Assembly (NCBI GenBank): GCA_016931115.1
Contig: JAFGFM010000094.1
Coordinates: 15,063-79,062 of the forward strand
From: Deltaproteobacteria bacterium
GTDB lineage: Bacteria; Desulfobacterota; DSM-4660; Desulfatiglandales; HGW-15
Direction: 5' to 3'
Length of the DNA stretch: 64,000 nucleotides
The position numbers were made by a program, and so were the translations under genes. Positions 44,782 to 55,318 of this stretch are shown here, in pieces (positions within the stretch are counted from its first letter, which is position 1; each line of letters opens with the position of its first letter). The notes under the pieces are model-generated. The model was given only the letters and a program-made list of their open reading frames with translations. It did not search any database and was not told the origin of the DNA.

Positions 44782-46422
44782 GTGCATTTTCGTACTATCG
44801 CAAGACTGGGCAGGTTCAAAGAGGTAATTGTCACCCTGCTGAAATACGGGTTTGAAGACCTTGTGCAGAGGCTTGAATTTCCTGGCATAGAGCTCCTTAA
44901 AAAGGCAAGCAAAGTGGGCAGGGATGTCGGGACCTATGTCAGGATCAGACATATCCTTGAGGACTTAGGGCCTACATTTATCAAAATAGGGCAGATCATG
45001 AGCCTTCGCCCTGATCTGCTTCCACCCGGTCTTGTAAAGGAACTCAGCAAACTCCAGGATCATGCTGCCTTTGTTGATAATGGATTGATATCCGGGATAC
45101 TTGAAAAGAGCATGGGCGGCAGTATTGATCAATTCTTTTCAGATTTTGACCAGACGCCATTTGCCGCAGCATCCCTTTGCCAGGTTCACAGGGCAGTCTT
45201 AAAAAAAGAGGGTTTTACTGTAGCTGTAAAGGTACAGAGACCAGGGATCAGAAAACTGATGGAGGTCGACCTTGATATACTTAAGGCAATAGCCGACCGC
45301 CTTCATGAACGTTCAACAGAACTCAAGATATATGATCTTCCGAATCTATTCAGGGTAACAAAACGCAACCTGATAAAAGAGCTCGATTTTACCAGAGAGG
45401 CACGAAACATGAAAATCGCAAGGGCATATAAGCCTGATATTTATGTGCCTGAGGTATATCTGGATTACTGCTCTGAAAGGGTTATGGTCTCGGAATATAT
45501 TGAGGGGATAAAACTGAGCGAATCGGCTGATGGGATTACTGATCCTCATTCTATTGCAAAGCAGGGGCTTAACACCGCAATAAAGCAGATACTGGAAGAT
45601 GGCTATTTTCATGCGGACCCTCATCCCGGAAATATCATATATTCGGCTGAAAAGGGGCTGTGCCTTATAGACTGGGGCATGGTGGGGAGGCTCTCTGAAA
45701 GGGATCGTTATGAGCTTATTGACCTCATCAGGGCTATTGTAGAAAAGGACAGCAGCCTCTTAATGGAGACCCTGTTAAGGATCACTATCAAGGAAAGGGA
45801 TGTGGATGACAGGGCGCTTGAGAGGGAGTTATCTGAGGTGCTGGATCTCTTCTTTTCCGGGCAGATCAAAGACCTTAATATAGGGCATCTGCTCCTTGCC
45901 ATTATTGATCTCTTAAGGGAATACAGGCTTAAGCTCCCGCCTGACCTTGTGATAATGATCAAGGCCCTTGTCACTGCTGAAGGCACTGCAAGGCAGATAT
46001 ACCCTGCCCTTAATGTGCTTACTGAGGCGGAGACATATATTAAAAAAATTGCATCCAAACGCTACAGGTCAGAGATACTGTGGCACAGTATAAAAAGGGC
46101 TTTCTTTAAATTTTTAGCCATACAAAAGGATATCCCTGTAAGGATACTGAGGATAGCTGACAAGATTGAACGTGATGAACTTGCTATACGCTTCAGGCAT
46201 GAAAACCTTGAGAGCGTCAATCATACCCTTGAAAATATCTCAAACCGCGTGGCATTCAGCGTTATCATAGCCGCCCTTATCATAGGTTCATCCATGATAA
46301 TAACAACCGGGATAGGGCCTTTTATTTTTGGCTTCCCGGCGCTCGGGATAATAGGCTATCTTATATCCAGCCTGCTCGGGTTATGGCTTATTGTCATCAT
46401 TATAAGGACAAAAAAATATTAG
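44782..46422 (+). CDS. ubiB: ABC1/UbiB-family atypical kinase
   Basis: FAAASLCQVHRAVLKKEGFTVAVKVQRPG and HADPHPGNI motifs. Two C-terminal TM helices. GTG start. Confidence 0.85.
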   Translation: MHFRTIARLGRFKEVIVTLLKYGFEDLVQRLEFPGIELLKKASKVGRDVGTYVRIRHILEDLGPTFIKIGQIMSLRPDLLPPGLVKELSKLQDHAAFVDNGLISGILEKSMGGSIDQFFSDFDQTPFAAASLCQVHRAVLKKEGFTVAVKVQRPGIRKLMEVDLDILKAIADRLHERSTELKIYDLPNLFRVTKRNLIKELDFTREARNMKIARAYKPDIYVPEVYLDYCSERVMVSEYIEGIKLSESADGITDPHSIAKQGLNTAIKQILEDGYFHADPHPGNIIYSAEKGLCLIDWGMVGRLSERDRYELIDLIRAIVEKDSSLLMETLLRITIKERDVDDRALERELSEVLDLFFSGQIKDLNIGHLLLAIIDLLREYRLKLPPDLVIMIKALVTAEGTARQIYPALNVLTEAETYIKKIASKRYRSEILWHSIKRAFFKFLAIQKDIPVRILRIADKIERDELAIRFRHENLESVNHTLENISNRVAFSVIIAALIIGSSMIITTGIGPFIFGFPALGIIGYLISSLLGLWLIVIIIRTKKY

Positions 46423-49400
46423 CTTTTTCTCCTTGTAAACATGTTGTAGACAACCGGAAGCACATACATTGTAAGGATACCTGATACAAATATTCCCCCA
46501 ACAGATGCAGCACCGCATGCCTGTCTCATTTCTGCACCTATCCCTGACCCTGCTGCAAGCGGCATCATACCCAGCACAGCTGCGAGTGTAATCATGGCAA
46601 TGGGCCTGAACCTGTCACATGCTGCCCTTACCATTGCCTGGTGCCTTGGCACCCCCTCCTTAACCAGCACATTAAGCCGGTCCATTATCAGGATCGCATT
46701 ATTTACAACAATGCCTATGAGCATGACTCCCCCCATAAGGGCAAAGAGTTCGATGCTTTTACCTGCTGCAAAAAGACCATAAAAGATACCTATCAAAGCC
46801 AGAGGAACTGTCACAAGTATAATAAATGGCTGTTTAAAAGACTCCATGATTGCGGCCAGTGTGAGAAAAACAAGTATCATTGCAATCATTGCCGCCTCGG
46901 CTATTTCGGTCTGTGCCTCTGCCATTACCTCGTACATGCCTGAAAAGGAAAAGCTGTAGCCGGGCATTAACCCGCTTTTTTCATTCAGGGCCTCTGTGAT
47001 CATGCTGACTGCATTGCCCAGGGGCATCCCCTCTTCAAGGTTGCCAAATAGTTTGGAAATCCTGAGTTTGTCCTTTCTGATTATCTGTACCGGCATTGTG
47101 GTTTCTTCAATATATGCCAGGTTTTCCAGGAGAATGGGTGCATTTTTACCCGGTAAAAGGGTGTTGTTAATCTGTTCTTTGCCCTCTGTTTCTGCCAGTT
47201 TTACGACAATATCATAGTTCCTTGCATTGCGTTTATATGTTCCTGCCTCAATGCCTTCAATGTTCCCTCGCATTACAATGCCAAGCCCTGTTACAGGTGA
47301 GCCTATATCCGCCATTATCTCCCTGTTTGGCCTGATCCTGATCTCAGGCTTTCCTATCCTTACGCTGGTATCCTGATCGATTACACCGTCAAAATCCATG
47401 GTGAGTTCCTTTGCCTTGAGCGCCAGGCTGTCAAGGATATTTAAATCCTCCCCTGCAATTTCAAGCTCTATGCCTGAGCTCTGCCCCCCAACTATGGTTG
47501 GGATACTCGCTGCAATGATGGCATCAGGCACATCAAATAGACGGCTTCGTATCTCTTTCAGAAGATCATGAATAGATTCTTCTCTCTCTGTCTTATCATT
47601 GAATTTGAGCAGAACCTGAGCAAGGTTTACACCCTCTGATGCCTGTCCTATCATACCCTCGACCTTTCCAATACTCATGAGCACATGCTTAAGATTTGGA
47701 AGGCTTTTAAGTCTTTCCACACTTTCATCCACTCTTTTTTTTGTATGGTTAAGGTTGTACCAGGTTGGAAATTCCAGTTTGACAAAGATATCACCCCTGT
47801 CAGACTCACTTACAAACCCGCTTCCCAGCCTTGATGCAATAAAGAGTGAACTGAAAAAGAAAAATGCCACTAAAATCAGTACGCCAACCCCGGCAAATTT
47901 GTGTCTTTCAAGAAAGGATAAAGATTTGCCATAACCATACACTATCTTATCAAAAAGATTGTTCCACCCCTTTTCCATTATGGCAAGGCGTGATTTAGAA
48001 TTTTTGTCCTTTGGCTTTAAAAGAAGAGAGCAGAGCAGGGGAGTAAGCGTAAAGGATATGAAAAGAGAAACAAGGGTCATAATAACCATTGATAAAGCAA
48101 ATGATTTTATGAAAACACCAACCTGACTTCCCATTATGGACAGAGGAAAAAGCACCACAACATTTGTCCCTGCGCTTGCCAGAACCGCAATAAATGTCTC
48201 TTTTGCACCTAACCTGGAAGATGCTGCCGGGTCTCCTGTTTCGTCAAGCCTTGATGAGATCGCCTCAAGGACAACTATCGAGTTTGTTACCAGAACCCCG
48301 ACAGAAAGGCCTATTGAAAGCAGTGTAAGGGTGTTAAAGGTGAACCCCATAAAATACATAAAGAAAAGGCCAATAATAATGGTAAGAGGCATGGTGATTG
48401 AAACAACAAGGAGCGCCCTGAAATTATAGAGAAACACAAACAGGATAAGGGCGGTCAGGATTATCCCCTGAATAACATTTGACCATGCGCTGCTCATTGT
48501 TGCGCCGATAAATGTCCCGTCATCTGTTACCCATATAAGCTCCATTCCTCCGGGAAGGCCCTCCCTGATCTTATCCAAGGCGGCCTTTACGCCGTTTACA
48601 ACACTTACTGCGTTTGCATCAGATTTTTTTACAACCTTGATGGCAACACATTGCCTTCCATCAATAACCGACATCTGCCTCAGCTCTTCGGTGCTCATCT
48701 CAACATGGCCAATATCTTTTATGTAGCAACGCTGACCATCCACGCTTGTGACCTCAAGGTAATTCAGATCCTCTACATTGGTGAAATCTGCATCATACTT
48801 TACAGAGTACTCCATGTTATTACCCCTGATACGGCCTGAGGGTATTATGCCGACCCCCTGGCTTATGGCCTGGACAACATGAGTGCTTGTAAGGCCTCTT
48901 GCAGCAAGTTTTTCTCTGTCAAGTATAACATGAACCTCCCTCTCAGCCCCGCCAACAAGGGTAACATCTGCTACACCTGAGATCACGGTAATGCGATCCC
49001 GCAGTGTATTGTCAGCGTAATCATACAGCTCATCTATTGGAATATCACCGGTTAAGGCCATCTGGATAATCGGAGAGGCATTGATATCATACTTGAGTAT
49101 CTTGGGGTCTTCAGCATCCTTTGGAAAGTCTGCCTTTATAAGGTCCAGTTTTTCACGCACATCGGTTGCCGCTATGTCCACATCAACATCCAGGTTGAAT
49201 TGAAGCATTGTCTGTGCAACGTTTTCCATGCATGTTGAAGTTACATGTTTGAGCCCGTCCAGGGTTACCATCTGGTCCTCTATGGGCTTTGCAATATCTG
49301 TTTCTATCTCTGAGGGGCTTGCGCCCGGGTATATTGTGGTGATGGTTACATATGGCATTTCAGCCCTTGGCATCAGCTCCAGACCAATCTTTCTGGCAGC

Positions 49401-49481
49401 ATTAAACCCCAGTATGGTAAGGCCTATGATCAGGCACCCCATTGCCACCGGTCTTCTTATGGATGCATCAGAAAGAAACAT
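46419..49481 (-). CDS. RND efflux pump permease (AcrB/HAE1-like)
   Basis: 1020 aa. N-terminus MFLSDASIRRPVAMGCLI. 12-TM/two-loop architecture. Operonic with MFP and TolC genes. Confidence 0.9.
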   Translation of the reverse strand: MFLSDASIRRPVAMGCLIIGLTILGFNAARKIGLELMPRAEMPYVTITTIYPGASPSEIETDIAKPIEDQMVTLDGLKHVTSTCMENVAQTMLQFNLDVDVDIAATDVREKLDLIKADFPKDAEDPKILKYDINASPIIQMALTGDIPIDELYDYADNTLRDRITVISGVADVTLVGGAEREVHVILDREKLAARGLTSTHVVQAISQGVGIIPSGRIRGNNMEYSVKYDADFTNVEDLNYLEVTSVDGQRCYIKDIGHVEMSTEELRQMSVIDGRQCVAIKVVKKSDANAVSVVNGVKAALDKIREGLPGGMELIWVTDDGTFIGATMSSAWSNVIQGIILTALILFVFLYNFRALLVVSITMPLTIIIGLFFMYFMGFTFNTLTLLSIGLSVGVLVTNSIVVLEAISSRLDETGDPAASSRLGAKETFIAVLASAGTNVVVLFPLSIMGSQVGVFIKSFALSMVIMTLVSLFISFTLTPLLCSLLLKPKDKNSKSRLAIMEKGWNNLFDKIVYGYGKSLSFLERHKFAGVGVLILVAFFFFSSLFIASRLGSGFVSESDRGDIFVKLEFPTWYNLNHTKKRVDESVERLKSLPNLKHVLMSIGKVEGMIGQASEGVNLAQVLLKFNDKTEREESIHDLLKEIRSRLFDVPDAIIAASIPTIVGGQSSGIELEIAGEDLNILDSLALKAKELTMDFDGVIDQDTSVRIGKPEIRIRPNREIMADIGSPVTGLGIVMRGNIEGIEAGTYKRNARNYDIVVKLAETEGKEQINNTLLPGKNAPILLENLAYIEETTMPVQIIRKDKLRISKLFGNLEEGMPLGNAVSMITEALNEKSGLMPGYSFSFSGMYEVMAEAQTEIAEAAMIAMILVFLTLAAIMESFKQPFIILVTVPLALIGIFYGLFAAGKSIELFALMGGVMLIGIVVNNAILIMDRLNVLVKEGVPRHQAMVRAACDRFRPIAMITLAAVLGMMPLAAGSGIGAEMRQACGAASVGGIFVSGILTMYVLPVVYNMFTRRKS

Positions 49482-50651
49482 TTATTTTTCCTCCCTGAGA
49501 ACCGTTACAGAAGCGCCATCTGAAAGCCGATCCTGGCCCATGGTAACAACAGATATTCCAGGTTTGATATCCTTTGTGATGATTTCAATCCAGCCCTCAT
49601 TTTCAAGCCCTGTTTCAACAGGTACTATTTTTGCTTTATCTTTTTCAATTACAAAAATACTTGTTCCATCCAGCTTTTTGATAGCAGATTCACGTGGTAT
49701 TCCAATGCCTTCACGGGAACTCAGCAAAACTTTTATGCGGGCAATATCGCCTGATGTAACCCCTTCTGGGGGATTTTTAATAATGGCCTTAATTTCAAAA
49801 TTTCTCAGCCTGCTGTCAATTACAGGGCTTTTATATACCACCTTAAACTCACCTGCATCTATGGAGCCGACTGTAATTTTCATGTTTGTTTCGTTCGTGA
49901 CAACCTTCTGGTAATAGGCAGCAGGAAGAAAAGCAGAGACCTCAAGGACAGACAGGTCATCTATCTGAACGATTGGAGTGCCTGCAGACACCATTTCTCC
50001 TGGCTCCCTGAATCTCTTGGATACATGGCCGCTGATGGGAGAAAGCCCCATGGAGTTCTCATAATCCTTCTGCGCTATGATGTATTGTGCGCGTGCCTGT
50101 TCAAGCTGTTTTTCAGAGAGATCAGCCATTGCCTTTGCCTCGTCTAATGCGGCCTTTGCCTGGATATATCTGGATTCCTGTGATTCGAGGGCATTCTTTG
50201 TTATAGCACTGTTATCATTATACAGGCGCTGATAACGTTCATAATCCAGTTTTGCCTTGTTGTAATCAGCCTCTACTCTTTTCACTGTTGAGACCCTTGC
50301 CCTGTATGTAAACTCTGCAACAGATACAGAATGTTTTGATATATCAACAGACTGTCCTGATTTTACCCTGTCGATCTGGAAGAGCTTTGTCTTTCCTGAG
50401 TTAACCAGATCACCCTCCCTGACAAAAACATCATCTATGATCCCTGAAGAACGCGCAGATACAATGGAATAATTTCTTGTCTCAAGATTTCCGGATGTCT
50501 CCACCCTCTCTTCAAAGGTCATTCGTTTTGCCTTTGTGACTACAACTGATGCTTTTGTTTCTTTTGATTCATCTTTATCATCAGAAGCATAGGATAAGCT
50601 TCCTGAAATCAGCATTATAAAAAGTGTAAGGTAAACTGTAATATTTTTCAC
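49482..50651 (-). CDS. RND efflux periplasmic adaptor (membrane fusion protein)
   Basis: Signal peptide, coiled-coil hairpin (AKAALDEAKAMADLSEKQLEQARAQ) and beta-barrel C-terminus. Stop abuts the RND start. Confidence 0.85.
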   Translation of the reverse strand: MKNITVYLTLFIMLISGSLSYASDDKDESKETKASVVVTKAKRMTFEERVETSGNLETRNYSIVSARSSGIIDDVFVREGDLVNSGKTKLFQIDRVKSGQSVDISKHSVSVAEFTYRARVSTVKRVEADYNKAKLDYERYQRLYNDNSAITKNALESQESRYIQAKAALDEAKAMADLSEKQLEQARAQYIIAQKDYENSMGLSPISGHVSKRFREPGEMVSAGTPIVQIDDLSVLEVSAFLPAAYYQKVVTNETNMKITVGSIDAGEFKVVYKSPVIDSRLRNFEIKAIIKNPPEGVTSGDIARIKVLLSSREGIGIPRESAIKKLDGTSIFVIEKDKAKIVPVETGLENEGWIEIITKDIKPGISVVTMGQDRLSDGASVTVLREEK

Positions 50652-50655
50652 GATT

Positions 50656-52044
50656 CTATTCCTTTCCTGTTATGCCCATAACATCAGCCATTGTTGCTGC
50701 CGCGACCTGATACCTGTAATCAGCTAGCTCCATATTGCTTTTTATCGATGTGTAATATGTTGCTGCCTCCAGTTTTTTGGATGAAGTCACCATGCCTTCT
50801 TTCCATAATGACATTGTTTCATTTAACATGCTTTCGGCTGAATCAAGCTCCAGTTTCATACGGACTCTGTTATCCGCCGCATGATCAAGGGCCTGTTTTG
50901 CATTTATGACCTCAAGCATTACTTTTATACATGCCTGTTCTCTTTCAACCATTGCCTGTGCCTTTTCCTGTTTTGCGGCCTTATATTTATATATGTTTGC
51001 AAACCCATCAAATATTTTAAGGATGCCTGATGCCCCGTATGTTAAGATATCGCTGTACATTAAGAATGAGTCCCTGTTATTGGTAAAATCACCAATAAGG
51101 AATATTTTAGGCAGAAAGGCTGATATAGCCATCTTTAGTGAATCGCCTCTTGCCTCAATCCCCAGGTCAGCGGCCATGAGCTCCGGACGGTTTAGCAGCG
51201 CTGTAATGATCATCTCATTGAGCTCTTTATCTTCTATTGAAAGGGAAGGGGGGGCACCGAGTGTAATTTCAGAAAGAGGGTTGAGCCCCATGGCCTCAAG
51301 CAGCTCTGCCCTTGCATATATTTTCTGTCTCTTTACCTCGGATAGATTATTCTGCTGCATTGCATGAAAGGCGCGCGCCTTTTCAAGATCGCTTTTAAGG
51401 ATCATGCCCTCTTTAAACAGTGCCTCCATCTCTTTTAAGAGCGCCTTTGCCTGCTCAACTGCTGATTCTGCTGCTGTAAACCCTGACTCCAGAGAAAGGC
51501 ATGAGAGATAAAGCGCAGTGACCTGTAACCTTATCCCCTGTTTAACCCTCATGTTTATAAGCCCCTGAATGTCATCACCTTTATTATATGCGCTGTACAT
51601 AAACCATGTCTCAGGATTAAATATTGCGAGTTGCCCGTTGATTACAGTTACCCTTGTCTCCTGGTCAGACATGGCCATATAGGAGCTTCCTGTATAGCGC
51701 ATCTGGTATTTATCTGTATCTGTTCTTGTTGCCTTTATATCAATCTGGGGCAGGAAATAGCTGAAGGCGATCTTTTTATCCAATCCGGCAAGGCGTGATT
51801 TTATCTCTGCAATTCTTATATCAAGATTGTTCTCTAGTGCGATTTGTATACATTCATCAAGGTCATAAGTTTTATCCTTTGACAAAACCTGGCTGCTTTT
51901 AAGTGAGATTTCATCATTAAATCTTGCTGCCTCTGCTTTTCTTAAGGCCAGTAAGTTTGTTGAACACCCTGTAATGGCGAAAAAAAAGGTGCAAGCAATA
52001 ATTCCATAACATAACCCGTGTAAATATTTTTTAATGGTCGACAA
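50656..52044 (-). CDS. TolC-family outer-membrane efflux protein
   Basis: 462 aa with a lipoprotein-like signal (ITGCS) and duplicated OEP repeats with long helical segments. Confidence 0.8.
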   Translation of the reverse strand: MSTIKKYLHGLCYGIIACTFFFAITGCSTNLLALRKAEAARFNDEISLKSSQVLSKDKTYDLDECIQIALENNLDIRIAEIKSRLAGLDKKIAFSYFLPQIDIKATRTDTDKYQMRYTGSSYMAMSDQETRVTVINGQLAIFNPETWFMYSAYNKGDDIQGLINMRVKQGIRLQVTALYLSCLSLESGFTAAESAVEQAKALLKEMEALFKEGMILKSDLEKARAFHAMQQNNLSEVKRQKIYARAELLEAMGLNPLSEITLGAPPSLSIEDKELNEMIITALLNRPELMAADLGIEARGDSLKMAISAFLPKIFLIGDFTNNRDSFLMYSDILTYGASGILKIFDGFANIYKYKAAKQEKAQAMVEREQACIKVMLEVINAKQALDHAADNRVRMKLELDSAESMLNETMSLWKEGMVTSSKKLEAATYYTSIKSNMELADYRYQVAAATMADVMGITGKE

Positions 52045-52049
52045 TTGTT

Positions 52050-52550
52050 TTACTCCTCTGAGATTTCCCTGATAATGCCAAGCAGCTTTTCATAAATTCC
52101 CCTTAGGTTTTTTCTTTCATCGCCTGACATACCTTTCATGACCCTTAGGACATGTGCATACCTCATGGGCATTGTTTTTTTACAAAAATCAATTCCTTCC
52201 TGTGTAAGGGTTATGAGCAGCATCCTCCTGTCATTCGGATGGGATTCCCTTTTTATAAAGCCTTTTTTCTGAAGAGAATCAAGATTTCCTGTCATGGTTG
52301 AACGTGTAAGGTGGACTTCATCAGCCAGTTGTGCCGGTGTAAGCTCTATTTCATGGTGATTATAAAGAATTTCAAGTATCTCAATCTGCCTTACATGAAG
52401 ACCAAGTTTAGACCCGATTATATCGGTAACCATCTCTATTTCCCTGTGAAGGTCCAATAGAAATAGCCCTTCGCGCACTATTTTTTTATCCTTATCCGGC
52501 CATTCCTTTAAAGACTCGATTATTATGTCAGTGTATCTTTGATCTTTCAT
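52050..52550 (-). CDS. MarR-family transcriptional regulator
   Basis: Winged helix LTPAQLADEVHLTRSTMTGNLDSLQKKGFIKRESHPNDRRMLLITLT. First gene of the efflux operon. Confidence 0.8.
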   Translation of the reverse strand: MKDQRYTDIIIESLKEWPDKDKKIVREGLFLLDLHREIEMVTDIIGSKLGLHVRQIEILEILYNHHEIELTPAQLADEVHLTRSTMTGNLDSLQKKGFIKRESHPNDRRMLLITLTQEGIDFCKKTMPMRYAHVLRVMKGMSGDERKNLRGIYEKLLGIIREISEE

Positions 52551-52681
52551 CAGCTGTTTCCTCTGTATTAAACTACAGTAAAGTTCGATAAATGATAATG
52601 CGGCGCAATATAATACGGTAGCAAACTAATTGCAACTGATTTTTATTATAATTTTAGAGTTCATGATCAATCATAAGGATA

Positions 52682-54205
52682 TCAATGGAAGATATCTGAT
52701 GTTTCGCTCATGCGCCTTACAGTATCTTCTATAATAGAATCAATCTGAGGGGGTTCAATGGCAAGGAGTATTCTTGAAAAAAGGGTAGAAAGGTTAATAG
52801 AATCAGGGTTGCTTGTCACACCAAAACCGCCCTTTTTTGCAATATTTCCTGCCAGATTGGTAACAAGTATCTCCTTATCGGTTGAGGGTTTGAACTTTGG
52901 ACCGGAATGAAGAAGACAGACCCTGCAATAGTCCTCACCAAACCCCCATTTTCTTAATATGGAGCTGCCAAAACCTGTATGGGCAGCCCTCACTTCAGTG
53001 ATCATATCATCTATACTCAGGGTTTGATCCTTGTAGTGGGCATCCCCCAGGGTCTTAAGTATCAATACCTTGCCGATATCATGAACAAGGCCCATAAAAT
53101 AATATTTTTCAGTATCCCCGAGCCTCATTTCCCCGGCAATGCTCCTTGCTGCGAATGCGCTTGCAAGGGAATGTTTCCATAGCCTTTCCATCAGTTTTTT
53201 AAATACCCTGTCTTTGACCTCATAAAGGCTTTTATTGGCTATTGTGGCAACAATGCTCTGTGTCTCCTTTGCCCCTATGCGCGGGATAGCCTGTTTTACT
53301 GTAAGTATCTTCTCTGCGCCCCTGTAAAGGACAGAATTTGCAACATGTATCAGCCTGACCGATATCACCGCATCCTTTTCAATAACCTCGGCAAGGTTAT
53401 CCATACCGCTTGAAGGGGAATTTATAACATCCTGGATATTTTTAACAACTTCAGGCAATACAGGAAGATTTAAATCATTATTCCTGAATTTATGTATTAT
53501 CCCTGTCACAATCTCTTTTATTGACCCTTTTAATATCTCCTCGTTATCAAGGGGTTTTTCAGGTTCCTGCCTTACAGGTTCAGGATTTGAATTTTTTTCT
53601 ATTTTCTCTTGTTTATTTTCATCAGCTCTTATGAAGGATATAAAGCGCTCGGTTAATGCCCTGTCAAGCTTGTTCCCTGATAATTTTACCATCTCATCAA
53701 GGGCCTGATCAATGCCTGATGGCTTTGCATTATTTCCACTGGTTATCAGCCTGTCATAAATGTTTACTATATACAGGATTTTTGCACCGGCAGGAATATC
53801 ATCCCCCTTTAATCCATCAGGGTAACCGCTTCCATCTATGGCCTCATGATGGTGCCGGATCATCGGCAAAATCTCTTTTAAAACATCATATTTTGATAAT
53901 ATTTTTTCAGAAAGGATAGTGTGCTTTTTGATGTATTCCATCTCAGATTCAGTAAGGCCATTTTTCCTGGATGATATGTTGTCCGGTATAAAAACCATGC
54001 CGATATCATGGAGGAGTCCTGCAATGTATATCTGGTTTATCTCTTTTGAAGGCCGGTCAAGTTCCTTTGTGAACAGGACACACTGGTTCGCAACCCTTGT
54101 GGCATGAGCCTTCATGGCTGGATCCTTTTTTTCCATCTCCAGCATCAGTGAATTTATCAGCTCTTTCAGTGTCCCCTGTTTATTCTCAGAAAAATTATTT
54201 TCCAT
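52682..54205 (-). CDS. HD-GYP domain (c-di-GMP phosphodiesterase-type) protein fused to a C-terminal HDOD domain
   Basis: LLHDIGMVFIPD and HHEAIDGSGYPDGLKGDDIP (HD-GYP). C-terminal LPVLPEVVKNIQDVI...VANSVLYRG and GLVHDIGKV (HDOD). Confidence 0.8.
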   Translation of the reverse strand: MENNFSENKQGTLKELINSLMLEMEKKDPAMKAHATRVANQCVLFTKELDRPSKEINQIYIAGLLHDIGMVFIPDNISSRKNGLTESEMEYIKKHTILSEKILSKYDVLKEILPMIRHHHEAIDGSGYPDGLKGDDIPAGAKILYIVNIYDRLITSGNNAKPSGIDQALDEMVKLSGNKLDRALTERFISFIRADENKQEKIEKNSNPEPVRQEPEKPLDNEEILKGSIKEIVTGIIHKFRNNDLNLPVLPEVVKNIQDVINSPSSGMDNLAEVIEKDAVISVRLIHVANSVLYRGAEKILTVKQAIPRIGAKETQSIVATIANKSLYEVKDRVFKKLMERLWKHSLASAFAARSIAGEMRLGDTEKYYFMGLVHDIGKVLILKTLGDAHYKDQTLSIDDMITEVRAAHTGFGSSILRKWGFGEDYCRVCLLHSGPKFKPSTDKEILVTNLAGNIAKKGGFGVTSNPDSINLSTLFSRILLAIEPPQIDSIIEDTVRRMSETSDIFH

Positions 54206-54241
54206 ATTTTTTAAATAATAAATTGCCAGGTTTAAAAATAA

Positions 54242-54655
54242 CTATCCAATAGTCTTGATAAACCTGGAATATGCAAGTCCTTTCTTATTCCCATAACTCT
54301 TTACAGCGGTACGACCCTTTTTTAATCCTTTGATATCGCATAGAAAAACCTCACGTTTTTCTCTTACAAGCTCTTCAACCCTTTTGTCCACAGCCATTAT
54401 GGATTCTATTACCTCGGAAATTTCCCTGTTTAAAGACACTGCCATTTCTCTTTCCTTTTTATCAGCCCTTTCAAGGGCTGACCTGTATTTTTTCTGATCA
54501 GAATCGATCTCCTTTCTGATTAGTTCCCTTTTTTCCCATAATGAGAGAAACTCATCCAGCTCCTCATTAGATAACAGCTCTTCCTGCTGTATTGAGATAT
54601 CCCTTATTTTATAAAAATCGTCTCTCTTTTTCTCAAGCGCCTCAATTATATTCAT
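54242..54655 (-). CDS. coiled-coil protein, possible FlgN-like flagellar chaperone (function uncertain)
   Basis: 137 aa, helical and charged. Textbook sigma-54 promoter 27 nt upstream, aaaggagaa RBS, flagellar neighbourhood. Confidence 0.55.
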   Translation of the reverse strand: MNIIEALEKKRDDFYKIRDISIQQEELLSNEELDEFLSLWEKRELIRKEIDSDQKKYRSALERADKKEREMAVSLNREISEVIESIMAVDKRVEELVREKREVFLCDIKGLKKGRTAVKSYGNKKGLAYSRFIKTIG

Positions 54656-54682
54656 CCTCTATTCTCCTTTCATTTTATAGAT

Positions 54683-54698
54683 AGCAATTATAGTGCCA
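54683..54698 (-). promoter_or_regulatory. sigma-54 promoter (TGGCAC-N5-TTGCT)
   Basis: The minus strand reads tggcactataattgct, a full match to the -24/-12 consensus TGGCAC-N5-TTGCW. The -12 element lies 27 nt before ATG 54655. Confidence 0.7.
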
Positions 54699-54760
54699 TT
54701 GATGAATTTTTTGGGAGTGTTTGCCTGGATCAGGTAGAATTGGGGGAAGGAGGGGAGGAA

Positions 54761-54844
54761 CGATTTCGATAGCGATTTCGATTTCGATTTCGATAGGGGT
54801 TTCGATTGCGATTGCGATACTGATAAAGATAGTTATTGCGATGG
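54761..54844. repeat. degenerate hexamer tandem repeat (CGATTT/CGATTG)n
   Basis: cgatttcgatagcgatttcgatttcgatttcgataggggtttcgattgcgattgcgatactgat... read directly. Confidence 0.8.
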
Positions 54845-55180
54845 CTACTGACGTTATCAGCTGGAAAGCTCACACTCACTGTGGGAAAAAAATTCCATAA
54901 AAAACCATAACAGGGAAAATTATCCCATACATGTTTATATGATCAGGGCTGTTTCAGTTTAATGCCTTCAGAAATATTGAATAAAACAGATTTTCGACAA
55001 AATATTGTCTGTTTTTTTAATGAACTGCATTTTCATCCACAGCTCAACGTCAATTTTCTGACATTTATATTCTGTAAATCTTTAAACCCTGAATCCATAA
55101 CAGATCTTTTAACGATAAATTACCAGTTAATTAAAGATGTTATGTCTGTAACGAGGTTATTTCAATGCAAGAAACCAGGA

Positions 55181-55196
55181 TGGCATAGGTTGTGCT
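55181..55196 (+). promoter_or_regulatory. candidate sigma-54 promoter (TGGCAT-N5-GTGCT)
   Basis: tggcataggttgtgct has the GG and GC dinucleotides at consensus spacing. About 120 nt upstream of the TPR gene ATG 55319. Confidence 0.45.
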
Positions 55197-55318
55197 ATTG
55201 AGCACTATATGAAAGATCTTTCACAGGGATATCAAAAAATGAATAACAGATTTAAAAAGGTCATATATATCTTCTTGTTAATTGACCTTCTTAAAACCAT
55301 AGCTGACAAGAATAAGAA

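Noticed and set aside
54962-55201. 79-aa ORF in the intergenic region upstream of the TPR gene.
   Set aside because: The region is AT-rich, and the ORF has no RBS and no recognisable motif. It overlaps the candidate sigma-54 promoter, so it is more likely regulatory DNA.
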